DNA of 64,000 bases from Escherichia coli. Lineage in GTDB: Bacteria; Pseudomonadota; Gammaproteobacteria; Enterobacterales; Enterobacteriaceae. Positions 18,703-29,713 of this stretch are shown here, one piece after another. The position numbers and the translations under genes were made by a program. Where the stretch lies: the NCBI RefSeq assembly GCF_003991155.1, contig NZ_CP031293.1; one strand, written 5' to 3'. The notes beneath the pieces are model-generated. The model saw only the letters and a program-made list of their open reading frames with translations, was not told the origin of the DNA and searched no databases. Within the stretch, counting starts at the first letter, position 1. The number at the start of each line of letters is the position of its first letter.

Positions 18703-18947
18703 GGAATGTTGCAAGTATGTTTCTATCTTTTTTCAAATATGATCTAAGAAACGCGATCCAGCTGGCAAAATTTGGAGGTGGCGCACTCATGGATTCGGGT
18801 GAATTTTGTTTTAGATCATTTTTAAGTGTGATTTCGGTCACTTATCCGATTTTGCAGAATTAACAACTGGAGCAGCACTTTCCGGAAGCGTAAAATATCC
18901 ACAACGTTTATCTGGCACCTTGGGTGCACATACAGAGGAAATCAACG

Positions 18948-19232
18948 ATGAGTAAATGTAGTGCTGATGAAACCCCGGTTTGCTGCTGTATGGATGTTGG
19001 CACCATTATGGACAACTCCGACTGCACCGCGTCTTATAGCCGCGTGTTTGCAAACCGCGCAGAAGCAGAACAAACGCTGGCGGCGCTGACTGAAAAAGCC
19101 CGTAGCGTGGAATCCGAACCGTGCAAAATCACCCCGACTTTCACTGAAGAGTCTGACGGTGTACGCCTGGATATCGATTTCACTTTTGCCTGCGAAGCTG
19201 AAATGTTGATCTTCCAGCTGGGTCTGCGTTAA
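18948..19232 (+). CDS. yfcZ: Small protein YfcZ (UPF0381 family)
   Basis: MSKCSADETPVCCCMDVGTIMDNSDCTASYSRVFANRAEAEQTLAAL... with RBS agagga upstream of the ATG at 18948. Confidence 0.85.
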   Translation: MSKCSADETPVCCCMDVGTIMDNSDCTASYSRVFANRAEAEQTLAALTEKARSVESEPCKITPTFTEESDGVRLDIDFTFACEAEMLIFQLGLR

Positions 19233-19248
19233 TTCCTCTCGGGTATAT

Positions 19249-19285
19249 ACGCCCCTGTCAGTTCCTGGCGGGGGCGTTTTATTTT
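19249..19285 (+). terminator. Probable terminator after yfcZ
   Basis: acgcccc...ggggcgt stem followed by ttttatttt. Confidence 0.45.
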
Positions 19286-19368
19286 CTCTTCTACTTTTCT
19301 CTCTGTGTCATAGCTCCCACTTTCCCTTTTCTCCACTTGGCTAAATGTAAAAAAATGGTTAAGACTAT

Positions 19369-19385
19369 GATCAGGTCAGACCACT
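19369..19385. promoter_or_regulatory. FadR operator upstream of the fadIJ operon
   Basis: gatcaggtcagaccact matches the FadR consensus AnCTGGTCnGACCtgtt, about 30 bp upstream of fadI. Confidence 0.6.
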
Positions 19386-19412
19386 TTATTTATTATTTTA
19401 CAGGGGAGTGTT

Positions 19413-20723
19413 ATGGGTCAGGTTTTACCGCTGGTTACCCGCCAGGGCGATCGTATCGCCATTGTTAGCGGCTTACGTACGCCTTTTGCCCGTCAGGCGA
19501 CGGCTTTTCATGGCATTCCCGCTGTTGATTTGGGGAAGATGGTCGTAGGCGAATTGCTGGCACGCAGCGAGATCCCCGCCGAAGTGATTGAACAACTGGT
19601 TTTTGGTCAGGTCGTTCAGATGCCGGAAGCCCCCAACATTGCGCGTGAAATTGTTCTTGGCACCGGAATGAATGTCCATACCGATGCTTACAGCGTCAGC
19701 CGCGCTTGCGCTACCAGTTTCCAGGCGATTGCAAACGTCGCAGAAAGTCTGATGGCGGGAACTATTCGAGCGGGGATTGCCGGTGGGGCCGATTCTTCTT
19801 CCGTATTGCCCATTGGCGTCAGTAAAAAACTGGCGCGCGTGCTGGTTGATGTCAACAAGGCTCGAACCATGAGCCAGCGCCTGAAACTCTTCTCTCGCCT
19901 GCGTTTACGCGACTTAATGCCCGTACCGCCTGCGGTAGCAGAGTATTCTACCGGCTTGCGGATGGGGGACACCGCCGAACAAATGGCGAAAACCTACGGT
20001 ATTACTCGCGAACAGCAAGATGCACTGGCGCACCGTTCGCATCAGCGTGCCGCTCAGGCGTGGTCAGACGGTAAACTCAAAGAAGAGGTGATGACTGCCT
20101 TTATCCCTCCTTATAAACAACCGCTTGTCGAAGACAACAATATTCGCGGTAATTCCTCTCTTGCTGATTACGCAAAGCTGCGTCCGGCGTTTGATCGTAA
20201 ACACGGGACGGTAACGGCGGCGAACAGTACACCACTGACCGATGGCGCAGCGGCGGTGATCCTGATGACTGAATCCCGGGCGAAAGAATTAGGGCTGGTA
20301 CCGCTGGGGTATCTGCGCAGCTACGCATTTACTGCGATAGATGTCTGGCAGGACATGTTGCTCGGCCCGGCCTGGTCAACGCCGCTGGCGCTGGAACGTG
20401 CCGGTTTGACAATGAGCGATCTGACATTGATCGATATGCACGAAGCCTTTGCAGCTCAGACACTGGCGAATATTCAGTTGCTGGGTAGCGAACGTTTTGC
20501 TCGCGACGTACTGGGGCGTGCACATGCCACTGGCGAAGTGGACGAGAGCAAATTTAACGTGCTTGGCGGTTCGATTGCTTATGGGCATCCCTTCGCAGCG
20601 ACCGGCGCGCGGATGATTACCCAGACATTGCATGAACTTCGCCGTCGCGGCGGTGGATTTGGTTTAGTGACCGCCTGTGCTGCGGGTGGACTTGGCGCAG
20701 CAATGGTTGTGGAGGCGGAATAA
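19413..20723 (+). CDS. fadI: 3-ketoacyl-CoA thiolase FadI (anaerobic beta-oxidation)
   Basis: 436 aa; thiolase active-site regions; matches remembered FadI ([28 protein letters not shown]...). Confidence 0.95.
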   Translation: MGQVLPLVTRQGDRIAIVSGLRTPFARQATAFHGIPAVDLGKMVVGELLARSEIPAEVIEQLVFGQVVQMPEAPNIAREIVLGTGMNVHTDAYSVSRACATSFQAIANVAESLMAGTIRAGIAGGADSSSVLPIGVSKKLARVLVDVNKARTMSQRLKLFSRLRLRDLMPVPPAVAEYSTGLRMGDTAEQMAKTYGITREQQDALAHRSHQRAAQAWSDGKLKEEVMTAFIPPYKQPLVEDNNIRGNSSLADYAKLRPAFDRKHGTVTAANSTPLTDGAAAVILMTESRAKELGLVPLGYLRSYAFTAIDVWQDMLLGPAWSTPLALERAGLTMSDLTLIDMHEAFAAQTLANIQLLGSERFARDVLGRAHATGEVDESKFNVLGGSIAYGHPFAATGARMITQTLHELRRRGGGFGLVTACAAGGLGAAMVVEAE

Positions 20724-22867
20724 TGGAAATGGCATCAGCGTTTACTCTTAATGTTCGTCTGGACAACATTGCTATCATCACCATCGACGTACCGGGTGAG
20801 AAAATGAATACCCTGAAGGCGGAGTTTGCCTCGCAGGTGCGCGCCATTATTAAGCAACTCCGTGAAAACAAAGAGTTGCGTGGCGTGGTGTTTGTCTCCG
20901 CGAAACCAGACAACTTCATTGCTGGCGCAGACATCAACATGATCGGCAACTGCAAAACGGCGCAAGAAGCGGAAGTACTGGCGCGGCAGGGGCAACAGTT
21001 AATGGCGGAGATTCATGCTTTGCCCATTCCGGTTATCGCGGCTATTCATGGCGCTTGCCTGGGCGGCGGGCTGGAGTTGGCGCTGGCGTGCCACGGTCGC
21101 GTGTGTACTGACGATCCTAAAACGGTGCTCGGTTTGCCTGAAGTACAACTTGGATTGTTACCCGGTTCAGGCGGCACCCAGCGTTTACCGCGCCTGATAG
21201 GTGTCAGCACAGCATTAGAGATGATCCTCACCGGAAAACAACTTCGGGCGAAACAGGCGGTAAAGCTGGGGTTGGTGGATGATGTCGTTCCGCACTCCAT
21301 ATTGCTGGAAGCCGCTGTTGAGCTGGCAAAGCAGGATCGCCCATCTTCACGCCCTCTACCTGTACGCGAGCGTATTCTGGCGGGGCCGTTAGGTCGTGCG
21401 CTGCTGTTCAAAATGGTCGGTAAGAAAACAGAACACAAAACTCAAGGTAACTATCCGGCGACAGAACGCATCCTGGAGGTTGTCGAAACGGGATTAGCGC
21501 AGGGCACCAGTAGCGGCTATGACGCTGAAGCACGGGCGTTTGGCGAACTGGCGATGACGCCGCAATCGCAGGCTTTGCGTAGTATCTTTTTTGCCAGTAC
21601 GGACGTGAAGAAAGATCCTGGCAGTGATGCGCCGCCTGCGCCGTTAAATAGCGTAGGGATTTTAGGTGGTGGCTTGATGGGCGGCGGTATTGCTTATGTC
21701 ACTGCTTGTAAAGCGGGGCTTTCGGTCAGAATTAAAGATATCAACCCGCAGGGCATAAATCATGCGCTGAAGTACAGTTGGGATCAGCTGGAGGGCAAAG
21801 TTCGCCGTCGTCATCTCAAAGCCAGCGAACGTGACAAACAGCTGGCTTTAATCTCCGGAACGACGGACTATTGCGGCTTTGCCCATCGCGATCTGATTAT
21901 TGAAGCGGTGTTTGAAAATCTCGAATTAAAACAACAGATGGTGGCGGAAGTGGAGCAAAATTGCGCTACTCATACCATCTTTGCTTCGAACACGTCATCT
22001 TTACCGATTGGCGATATCGCCGCTCACGCCGCGCGACCTGAGCAAGTTATTGGCCTGCATTTCTTCAGTCCGGTGGAAAAAATGCCGCTGGTGGAGATTA
22101 TTCCTCATGCGAGTACATCGGCGCAAACCATCGCCACCACGGTAAAACTGGCGAAAAAACAGGGCAAAACGCCAATTGTCGTGCGTGACAAAGCCGGGTT
22201 TTACGTCAATCGCATCTTAGCGCCTTACATCAATGAAGCTATCCGCATGTTGACCGAAGGCGAGCGTATTGAGCATATCGATGCCGCGCTGGTGAAATTT
22301 GGTTTTCCGGTAGGCCCAATCCAACTTTTGGATGAGGTAGGAATCGACACCGGGACTAAAATTATTCCTGTACTGGAAGCCGCTTATGGAGAACGTTTTA
22401 GCGCGCCTGCAAATGTTGTTTCTTCAATTTTGAACGACGATCGCAAAGGCAGAAAAAATGGTCGGGGTTTCTATCTTTATGGTCAGAAAGGGCGTAAAAG
22501 CAAAAAACAGGTCGATCCCGCCATTTACCCGCTCATTGGCGCACAAGGGCAGGGGCGACTCTCCGCACCGCAGGTTGCTGAACGGTGTGTGATGTTGATG
22601 CTGAATGAAGCAGTACGTTGTCTGGACGAGCAGGTTATCCGTAGCGTACGTGACGGGGATATTGGCGCGGTATTTGGCATTGGTTTTCCGCCATTTCTCG
22701 GTGGACCGTTCCGCTATATCGATTCTCTCGGCGCAGGCGAAGTGGTTGCAATAATGCAACGACTGGCCACGCAGTATGGTTCCCGTTTTACCCCTTGCGA
22801 GCGTTTAGTCGAGATGAGCAAGCGTGGGGAAAGTTTTTGGAAAACAACTGCAACTGACCTGCAATAA
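20723..22867 (+). CDS. fadJ: Fatty-acid oxidation complex alpha subunit FadJ (enoyl-CoA hydratase / 3-hydroxyacyl-CoA dehydrogenase)
   Basis: 714 aa; ATG overlaps the fadI stop; crotonase and 3-HCDH domains. Confidence 0.95.
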   Translation: MEMASAFTLNVRLDNIAIITIDVPGEKMNTLKAEFASQVRAIIKQLRENKELRGVVFVSAKPDNFIAGADINMIGNCKTAQEAEVLARQGQQLMAEIHALPIPVIAAIHGACLGGGLELALACHGRVCTDDPKTVLGLPEVQLGLLPGSGGTQRLPRLIGVSTALEMILTGKQLRAKQAVKLGLVDDVVPHSILLEAAVELAKQDRPSSRPLPVRERILAGPLGRALLFKMVGKKTEHKTQGNYPATERILEVVETGLAQGTSSGYDAEARAFGELAMTPQSQALRSIFFASTDVKKDPGSDAPPAPLNSVGILGGGLMGGGIAYVTACKAGLSVRIKDINPQGINHALKYSWDQLEGKVRRRHLKASERDKQLALISGTTDYCGFAHRDLIIEAVFENLELKQQMVAEVEQNCATHTIFASNTSSLPIGDIAAHAARPEQVIGLHFFSPVEKMPLVEIIPHASTSAQTIATTVKLAKKQGKTPIVVRDKAGFYVNRILAPYINEAIRMLTEGERIEHIDAALVKFGFPVGPIQLLDEVGIDTGTKIIPVLEAAYGERFSAPANVVSSILNDDRKGRKNGRGFYLYGQKGRKSKKQVDPAIYPLIGAQGQGRLSAPQVAERCVMLMLNEAVRCLDEQVIRSVRDGDIGAVFGIGFPPFLGGPFRYIDSLGAGEVVAIMQRLATQYGSRFTPCERLVEMSKRGESFWKTTATDLQ

Positions 22868-23069
22868 GAAGGTCAAAGCTATATGAATCCGCGCTGAATG
22901 GCGGAGTGTTGCTCAAAATGTAAACGCATATTGACTATACTTACGCCATTGAGGTAAAAAACAGCGTTTCATTCGGTGAATGGATAAGGCACAATGCCGG
23001 CCACCGTTTTCTTTCTCTGGTTTCAGATGAAAGAAAACGGGCGAATCTGGTTAACAAAAGCGGTGCAAT

Positions 23070-23555
23070 ATGCAAGTTTTTATCATGCGTCACGGCGACG
23101 CAGCCCTCGATGCCGCCAGTGATTCGGTTCGTCCTCTGACTACTAACGGTTGTGACGAATCTCGCCTGATGGCGAACTGGCTGAAAGGTCAAAAAGTGGA
23201 AATCGAACGCGTTCTGGTGAGCCCGTTCCTGCGAGCCGAGCAAACACTTGAAGAAGTAGGGGATTGTCTGAACCTGCCTTCCAGTGCAGAAGTTCTGCCG
23301 GAGTTAACACCCTGCGGCGATGTTGGTCTGGTCAGTGCCTATTTGCAGGCGTTGACCAATGAAGGTGTTGCTTCGGTACTGGTAATCTCCCACTTACCCT
23401 TAGTCGGGTATCTGGTTGCCGAGTTATGTCCGGGCGAAACGCCGCCTATGTTTACCACGTCAGCGATTGCCAGCGTAACGCTTGATGAAAGCGGAAAAGG
23501 CCAATTCAACTGGCAAATGAGCCCTTGTAATTTGAAGATGGCAAAAGCAATTTAA
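23070..23555 (+). CDS. sixA: Phosphohistidine phosphatase SixA
   Basis: 161 aa with the RHG motif (MQVFIMRHGDA). Confidence 0.93.
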   Translation: MQVFIMRHGDAALDAASDSVRPLTTNGCDESRLMANWLKGQKVEIERVLVSPFLRAEQTLEEVGDCLNLPSSAEVLPELTPCGDVGLVSAYLQALTNEGVASVLVISHLPLVGYLVAELCPGETPPMFTTSAIASVTLDESGKGQFNWQMSPCNLKMAKAI

Positions 23556-24122
23556 GCAATCAATGCCCGGTTACGTGCGCGTACACCGGGCAGTTTCTCC
23601 GTCATACAATCATCCTTTTTCTTGTCTAAATGTTGTTAATATTTAACAACTCTCGATAGTTATTATATTTTCCCATTATTGAATCCCGTAATAAAATAAA
23701 GAAGATAATGGTTTTGTGTCTTGAATATATATTTATTGATTTAATTAATATTAAATTTTAGCAATAAATGATGGTAAGGTCATTATAATTTTTTTTAGTG
23801 TGCTTTATAAGCAATTCATTTTTGTTGATTATAATAGTTTGTTTTTTTGTTGATAATTCGCATGTTTTTTTGTTGGAAAGTGGTGAAAGTATTTTGTAGA
23901 TGTATTAATTAATAAAATCTACATAAAGTGTTTAAGTATTACTAAATTGAGTTTTTTTATAGATAAGACCAACATACAGACACACCAGAGAATACTTGTT
24001 TACATTCTATGATTATATTGGAGTGTATATGTTCAATGGCTAACTATAAATATCGGGCATAATATATATTAATTTTATGTCAGGTGTTTATATTATAACT
24101 CTTAATGATTTAAGGACAAATA

Positions 24123-24689
24123 ATGAGTAAGTTTGCCAAAACAGCCATTGCTGCGGCGATGGTCATGGGCGCAGTTGTTTCCAGTTCTGCATTTGCAGCA
24201 GGCAACAACGGTACCGCGCGCTTCTACGGCACCATTGAAGACTCCCCGTGCTCTATCGTTCCAGACGATCACAAACTGGAAGTCGATATGGGTGACATCG
24301 GTGCGGCTAAACTGACCGGCGGTGGCACCACCACACCGAAAGATTTCCAGATCCGTTTACAGGACTGCGTGTTTACCACTGAAACAAGCATGAAGACCAC
24401 GTTCACCGGTACTAACTACGCGGGGCCAGCCAACACGGATAACTATGCGTTATTCAACATTGACACCGGTGTTGCCATGAACCACGTGAGCCTGGTAATC
24501 GGCGATACCCATGGCAAAGGTTATAAAGTGGGCCAAGAAATTGTTCAGCCAATCGTGATGGATGCTTCAACCAGCAAAGGTAAAGACAAGCAAACGCTGA
24601 ACTTTAAAGCCTGGCTGGTGGGTGAAACCGAAGCGCCGGATCTCGGCCAGTTCGAAACCCTGACCACATTCCAGATTACCTATCTCTGA
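24123..24689 (+). CDS. yfcV: Yfc fimbrial major subunit
   Basis: 188 aa with signal peptide and fimbrial subunit fold features, followed by an usher and a chaperone. Confidence 0.85.
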   Translation: MSKFAKTAIAAAMVMGAVVSSSAFAAGNNGTARFYGTIEDSPCSIVPDDHKLEVDMGDIGAAKLTGGGTTTPKDFQIRLQDCVFTTETSMKTTFTGTNYAGPANTDNYALFNIDTGVAMNHVSLVIGDTHGKGYKVGQEIVQPIVMDASTSKGKDKQTLNFKAWLVGETEAPDLGQFETLTTFQITYL

Positions 24690-24695
24690 TGTGAC

Positions 24696-24727
24696 AACCC
24701 CACAGCGTTCTGCTGTGGGGTTTTTCA
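24696..24727 (+). terminator. Intrinsic terminator/attenuator after yfcV
   Basis: aaccccacagc-gttc-tgctgtgggg followed by TTTTT. Confidence 0.75.
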
Positions 24728-24763
24728 ACGCGCAACGGATTTACGACTGTTTCACAAACGGAT

Positions 24764-27418
24764 ATGTGTATGCCTAATCACTCAAATTTTCGGCTGCGGG
24801 GAATCGCCTGCTATATTGCGCTGGCAATCTCTGGTGGATCAGTCAATGCATGGGCTGATGATTCCATTCAATTTGACTCCCGTTTCCTTGAGTTAAAGGG
24901 TGACACGAAAATTGATCTCGGTAAGTTTTCAAAAAAAGGGTATGTCGACGCGGGTAAATATAATTTACGTGTATTTATAAATAAACAACCCCTTTCTGAT
25001 GAATACGACATTAACTGGTACGTCTCTGAAAATGATCCAACAAAAACGTATGCCTGCCTGACACCTGAGTTAGTGGCGGCGCTGGGGCTGAAAGAAGGGA
25101 TAGCAAAAAGCCTGCAGTGGACGCACAACGATGAATGCCTTAAACCGGGGCAATTAGATGGGATGGAAGTCGAGAATGATTTAAGCCAGTCGGCGTTGCT
25201 GCTGACAGTGCCACAGGCTTATCTCGAATATACCAGCAGCGACTGGGACCCACCCTCACGCTGGGACGACGGTATTCCTGGCCTGATTGCCGACTACAGC
25301 CTCAATGCGCAAACCCGTCATCAGGAGCAGGGTGGCGAGGACTCACATGATATCAGCGGCAACGGTACCGTTGGGGCGAATCTGGGGGCATGGCGTTTCC
25401 GCGCAGACTGGCAAAGTGATTATCAGCACACCCGCAGCAACGATGACGACGATGACAGCAGTAACAGTACAACGAGCAAAAACTGGGACTGGAGCCGTTA
25501 TTACGCCTGGCGGGCCTTACCCTCTTTAAAAGCGAAGCTGTCGCTGGGTGAAGATTATCTCAACTCCGATATTTTCGACGGCTTTAACTATATTGGCAGC
25601 AGCGTCAGCACCGATGACCAGATGCTGCCGCCCAACCTGCGCGGCTATGCGCCGGATGTCTCCGGCGTGGCGCACAGCAGTGCAAAAGTCACCATTAGCC
25701 AGATGGGCCGGGTACTTTACGAAACCCAGGTTCCCGCCGGGCCATTCCGCATTCAGGATATCGGCGACTCCGTCTCCGGCACACTGCACGTCCGCGTTGA
25801 AGAACAGAATGGTCAGGTGCAGGAATATGACGTTACCACCGCATCTATGCCATTCCTCACGCGCCAGGGGCAGGTGCGTTACAAAGTGATGATGGGGCGT
25901 CCGGAAGACTGGAACCACAGGACCGAAGGCGGCTTTTTCTCCGGTGGAGAAGCGTCATGGGGGGTAGCAGATGGCTGGTCGCTCTACGGTGGCGCGCTGG
26001 CAGATGAACACTACCAGTCGGCGGCGATGGGGGTGGGGCGCGACCTCGCACAGTTTGGCGCGCTGGCGTTCGATGTGACTCACTCGCACGTCAACCTGGA
26101 GCATGACAGCGCATACGGCAAAGGAAAACTGGACGGCAACTCCTTTCGCGTGAGCTATGCCAAAGACTTTGACGAACTCAACAGCCGCGTCACCTTTGCA
26201 GGCTACCGTTTTTCTGAAAAGAACTTCATGACCATGAGCGAGTATCTGGACGCGAACCAGTCGGACATGGCGCGGACCGGTAACGACAAAGAGATGTATA
26301 CGATCACCTATAACCAGAACTTTGCCGCTGCGGGTGTCTCGATCTATCTCAACTACTCCCATCGTACTTACTGGGATCGCCCGGAACAGACAAACTATAA
26401 CCTGATGTTTTCCCACTATTTTAATATGGGGAGCATTCGCAACATGAGCATCTCGGTGACCGGCTATCGCTACGAATATGACGATAATGCGGATAAGGGG
26501 ATGTACCTCAGCATGAGCATTCCGTGGAGCGACAGCAGCACCGTGACCTACAACGGCTCCTACGGCAGTGGGTCGGACAGCAGCCAGGTCGGTTACTTTA
26601 AGCGCGTTGATGACGCAACGCACTACCAGGTTAACGTCGGTACCAGCGAACAGCACGGCAGCGTGGATGGTTATCTGAGCCATGACGGTTCGCTGGCGAA
26701 GGTTGATCTCAGCGCCAACTACCATGAAGGGGAATACCGTTCGGCGGGGATCGCCTTACAGGGCGGGGCAACGCTGACCGCGCATGGCGGCGCGCTGCAT
26801 CGCACTCAAAGCATGGGCGGCACGCGCCTGCTGATTGACGCCGACGGGATTGCTGACGTGCCGGTCGAAAGCAACGGCGCGCCGGTGTACACCAATATGT
26901 TTGGCAAGGCGGTGGTCGCCGATATTAACAACTACTACCGCAATCAGGCGTATATCGATTTAAACAACTTGCCGGAAGATGCGGAAGCCACCCAGTCGGT
27001 GGTGCAGGCAACCCTGACGGAAGGCGCAATCGGCTATCGTAAATTCAAAGTGATCAGCGGGCAAAAAGCGATGGCGGTACTGCGGTTGCGTGACGGTAGC
27101 TACCCGCCGTTTGGCGCGGAAGTGAAAAACGACGAGCAGCAGCAGGTTGGCATTGTGGATGATGAAGGCAATGTCTATCTGGCGGGAGTCAATGCGGGTG
27201 AGCATATGACGGTGTTCTGGGAAGGCAGCGCACAATGCGAGATCGTATTGCCGAAGCCGCTACCTGCCGATCTGTTCAGCGGCCTGTTGTTGCCGTGTGA
27301 ACAAAAGGGAACGGCAGCCCCTGATTCTTCAGCGCCAGAAATTAAGCCTGTTATTCAGGACCAGACGCGGCAAGTCACACCAACGGAAGCGCCGACGTCA
27401 ATTTCAGCTACTCAATAA
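24764..27418 (+). CDS. yfcU: Fimbrial outer-membrane usher protein (apparently intact)
   Basis: 884 aa, typical usher length, no internal stop. I recall yfcU as disrupted in K-12. Confidence 0.85.
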   Translation: MCMPNHSNFRLRGIACYIALAISGGSVNAWADDSIQFDSRFLELKGDTKIDLGKFSKKGYVDAGKYNLRVFINKQPLSDEYDINWYVSENDPTKTYACLTPELVAALGLKEGIAKSLQWTHNDECLKPGQLDGMEVENDLSQSALLLTVPQAYLEYTSSDWDPPSRWDDGIPGLIADYSLNAQTRHQEQGGEDSHDISGNGTVGANLGAWRFRADWQSDYQHTRSNDDDDDSSNSTTSKNWDWSRYYAWRALPSLKAKLSLGEDYLNSDIFDGFNYIGSSVSTDDQMLPPNLRGYAPDVSGVAHSSAKVTISQMGRVLYETQVPAGPFRIQDIGDSVSGTLHVRVEEQNGQVQEYDVTTASMPFLTRQGQVRYKVMMGRPEDWNHRTEGGFFSGGEASWGVADGWSLYGGALADEHYQSAAMGVGRDLAQFGALAFDVTHSHVNLEHDSAYGKGKLDGNSFRVSYAKDFDELNSRVTFAGYRFSEKNFMTMSEYLDANQSDMARTGNDKEMYTITYNQNFAAAGVSIYLNYSHRTYWDRPEQTNYNLMFSHYFNMGSIRNMSISVTGYRYEYDDNADKGMYLSMSIPWSDSSTVTYNGSYGSGSDSSQVGYFKRVDDATHYQVNVGTSEQHGSVDGYLSHDGSLAKVDLSANYHEGEYRSAGIALQGGATLTAHGGALHRTQSMGGTRLLIDADGIADVPVESNGAPVYTNMFGKAVVADINNYYRNQAYIDLNNLPEDAEATQSVVQATLTEGAIGYRKFKVISGQKAMAVLRLRDGSYPPFGAEVKNDEQQQVGIVDDEGNVYLAGVNAGEHMTVFWEGSAQCEIVLPKPLPADLFSGLLLPCEQKGTAAPDSSAPEIKPVIQDQTRQVTPTEAPTSISATQ

Positions 27419-27437
27419 TCTGATTAAGGAACGATCA

Positions 27438-28190
27438 ATGTCTTATAAATTATCCAGTTCAATGGTCGTCAGCACGGCGCTGGCGGCACTGCTTACCACC
27501 GCCAGCCTGACGGCGCATGCATCGGTCACCCCGGATCGCACCCGTCTGGTGTTTAACGAAAGCGATAAATCGATCAGCGTGACCCTGCGCAACAACAACG
27601 AAAAGCTGCCTTACCTGGCGCAAAGCTGGCTGGAAGATGAGAAGGGCAACAAAATCACCTCGCCGCTGGCGGTACTGCCGCCGGTGCAGCGTATTGACGC
27701 CATGATGAACGGCCAGGTGAAGATTCAGGCGCTGCCGGACATTCACACGCTGCCGTCCGATCGCGAAAGCCTGTTCTATTACAACGTGCGTGAGATCCCG
27801 CCAAAGACCGGGAAAGCCAACACTCTGCAAATTGCCCTGCAAACGCGCATCAAGCTGTTCTGGCGACCAAAGGCGCTGGAGAAGATCGACATGAGAAAAC
27901 CGTGGCAGTTTAAGGTGACGCTCACGCGCAGCGGCCAGGACTATACCGTCAATAACCCGACGCCATACCACGTCATCATCAGCGATGCCAGCACACAGAA
28001 GAAAGGGCCGACCGCCGCCGGGTTTAAACCGCTGGTGATGTCGCCGAAAACGTCACAGCCGTTAAAGGCAAAAATGGACAGCGCCCCGGTGCTGACCTAC
28101 ATCAACGACTACGGCGCGCGCCTGCCGCTGATCTTCCGCTGTGAAGGGGACACCTGCAAGGTGGATGAAGATCAAAGCAGCAAAGGCTGA
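27438..28190 (+). CDS. yfcS: Fimbrial periplasmic chaperone (PapD-like)
   Basis: MSYKLSSSMVVSTALAALLTTASLTAHA signal peptide with RBS aagga. The ORF track's 27297 start is an in-frame upstream extension. Confidence 0.85.
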   Translation: MSYKLSSSMVVSTALAALLTTASLTAHASVTPDRTRLVFNESDKSISVTLRNNNEKLPYLAQSWLEDEKGNKITSPLAVLPPVQRIDAMMNGQVKIQALPDIHTLPSDRESLFYYNVREIPPKTGKANTLQIALQTRIKLFWRPKALEKIDMRKPWQFKVTLTRSGQDYTVNNPTPYHVIISDASTQKKGPTAAGFKPLVMSPKTSQPLKAKMDSAPVLTYINDYGARLPLIFRCEGDTCKVDEDQSSKG

Positions 28191-28206
28191 TAACGGGAGA
28201 AGCAAC

Positions 28207-28710
28207 ATGAAAGCGTTCTTTCTGGCCGGGTCTGCCGCGCTACTGCTGGCCTGTGGCGCGACCGTTTCCCCGGCAATGGCGGGCGGCAAAATCGTCAACC
28301 TGACGCTGCGCGTACTGGTGGATGGGCCACCGCCCTGCTCGATACAGGGAAGCGCGGTGGAGTTCGGCAGTGTGGTCATTAAAGGCATTGATGGCGTCAA
28401 CTACCGTCAGCCGGTGGGCTACACCATGAACTGCTCAAACAGCGTCAGCGACGACCTGCGAATGCAGCTTCAGTCCACCACCACCACAATTAATGGTGAA
28501 ACGGTACTGAGTACCGGGATCGATGGCTTCGGCATTCGCATTCAGAATGCCGCCGACCATTCGCTGGTGGCCGTGGGCAACGCTAGCTGGCTGCCGTTCA
28601 ACATCAACACCCGGCCAGAATTCGAAGCCGTCCCGGTGAAGCAGAGCGGGGTGGAACTGATGGCATCGGAGTTTAACGCGACCATGACCATGGTGGTGGA
28701 CTACCAATGA
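28207..28710 (+). CDS. yfcR: Fimbrial minor subunit
   Basis: MKAFFLAGSAALLLACGATVSPAMA signal peptide; fimbrial subunit-like. Confidence 0.75.
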   Translation: MKAFFLAGSAALLLACGATVSPAMAGGKIVNLTLRVLVDGPPPCSIQGSAVEFGSVVIKGIDGVNYRQPVGYTMNCSNSVSDDLRMQLQSTTTTINGETVLSTGIDGFGIRIQNAADHSLVAVGNASWLPFNINTRPEFEAVPVKQSGVELMASEFNATMTMVVDYQ

Positions 28711-29186
28711 AACGACTCGCGTGGTGCTTACTTTACGGTTTTGCTGGCCTGTCGCAGGCCGCGGTTAACGACGTTACTTTTCACGGCACGCTGGTCTCGC
28801 CACCCGCCTGTACCATCAGCGACGGTAAGAGCATTGAAGTGGCGTTCAGCAATGTGATCATCGACAACATCAACGGCGACAACTTTCGTCAGGACGTGCC
28901 TTACACCATCAGTTGCGATCCTGATGTGCGCGACGACGCCTGGGAGATGAGCCTGACCTGGACGGGCCACCAGACCAGCTACGATGACGCCGCCATTGAA
29001 ACCGACGTCGCTGGCCTGGGGATTGAGCTTCAGCAAAACGGCCAGCCGTTTAAAGTGGGCGAACAGTTGAAAATAGACCCGGCGAGCCCGCCGACGCTGA
29101 CCGCGGTGCCGGTAAAAGCCAGCGACGCGGCGCTCAGTGAAGGGAACTTCTCTGCCTGGGCAACCTTAACGGTGGATTACCAATGA
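28707..29186 (+). CDS. yfcQ: Fimbrial minor subunit
   Basis: 159 aa with signal peptide; overlaps neighbours by 4 bp. Confidence 0.75.
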   Translation: MKRLAWCLLYGFAGLSQAAVNDVTFHGTLVSPPACTISDGKSIEVAFSNVIIDNINGDNFRQDVPYTISCDPDVRDDAWEMSLTWTGHQTSYDDAAIETDVAGLGIELQQNGQPFKVGEQLKIDPASPPTLTAVPVKASDAALSEGNFSAWATLTVDYQ

Positions 29187-29713
29187 ATCTGACTCGCACA
29201 CATTACCGCTACGCGGCGCTGGCGGCGCTGCTGGCGTACGGCGGCATGGCGCAGGCGGCTGACAACCTGCATTTCTACGGCAATTTACTCAGTAAATCCT
29301 GCACGCTGGTGATTCAGGGCGAGTCGCTGGCGGAGGTGCATTTTCCCACCATCAGCCGTAAAGACCTGATGGCGACCGGGCAGTCGGCGCGGGTGCCGGT
29401 GGTGTTTCAACTGAAAGATTGCAAAGGGCCAGCCGAGTATCAAGTCCGGGTGACGCTGACCGGTACGGAAGACAGCGAGCAGCCCGGTTTTCTGGCGCTG
29501 GATGCCTCCTCCGGGGCGCAGGGCGTGGGGATTGGGATGGAAAAAACCGACGGAACGGCGGTGCCGATCAACAACACCAGCGGCGCGACCTTTGTGCTGA
29601 GCACCGGTGATAACAATCTGAATTTTAATGCCTGGCTCCAGGCGAAAAGCGGCCGGGAAGTGACGATGGGTGAATTTACCGCTTCTTTAACCGCAACGTT
29701 TGAGTACCTTTGA
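29183..29713 (+). CDS. yfcP: Fimbrial minor subunit
   Basis: 176 aa with signal peptide and C-terminal ...TATFEYL donor-strand-like end. Confidence 0.75.
   Translation: MNLTRTHYRYAALAALLAYGGMAQAADNLHFYGNLLSKSCTLVIQGESLAEVHFPTISRKDLMATGQSARVPVVFQLKDCKGPAEYQVRVTLTGTEDSEQPGFLALDASSGAQGVGIGMEKTDGTAVPINNTSGATFVLSTGDNNLNFNAWLQAKSGREVTMGEFTASLTATFEYL

Noticed and set aside
23556..24122. AT-rich 570-bp leader upstream of the yfc fimbrial operon as a possible invertible switch
   Set aside because: No adjacent recombinase gene and no convincing flanking inverted repeats were found; more likely a conventional silenced fimbrial promoter region.
25526..27235. Long minus-strand ORFs antisense to the fimbrial usher gene (25526-25918, 25955-26725, 26960-27235)
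   Set aside because: They are embedded antisense in a GC-rich, well-supported usher gene with no independent start signals; the open frames are a GC-content artefact.
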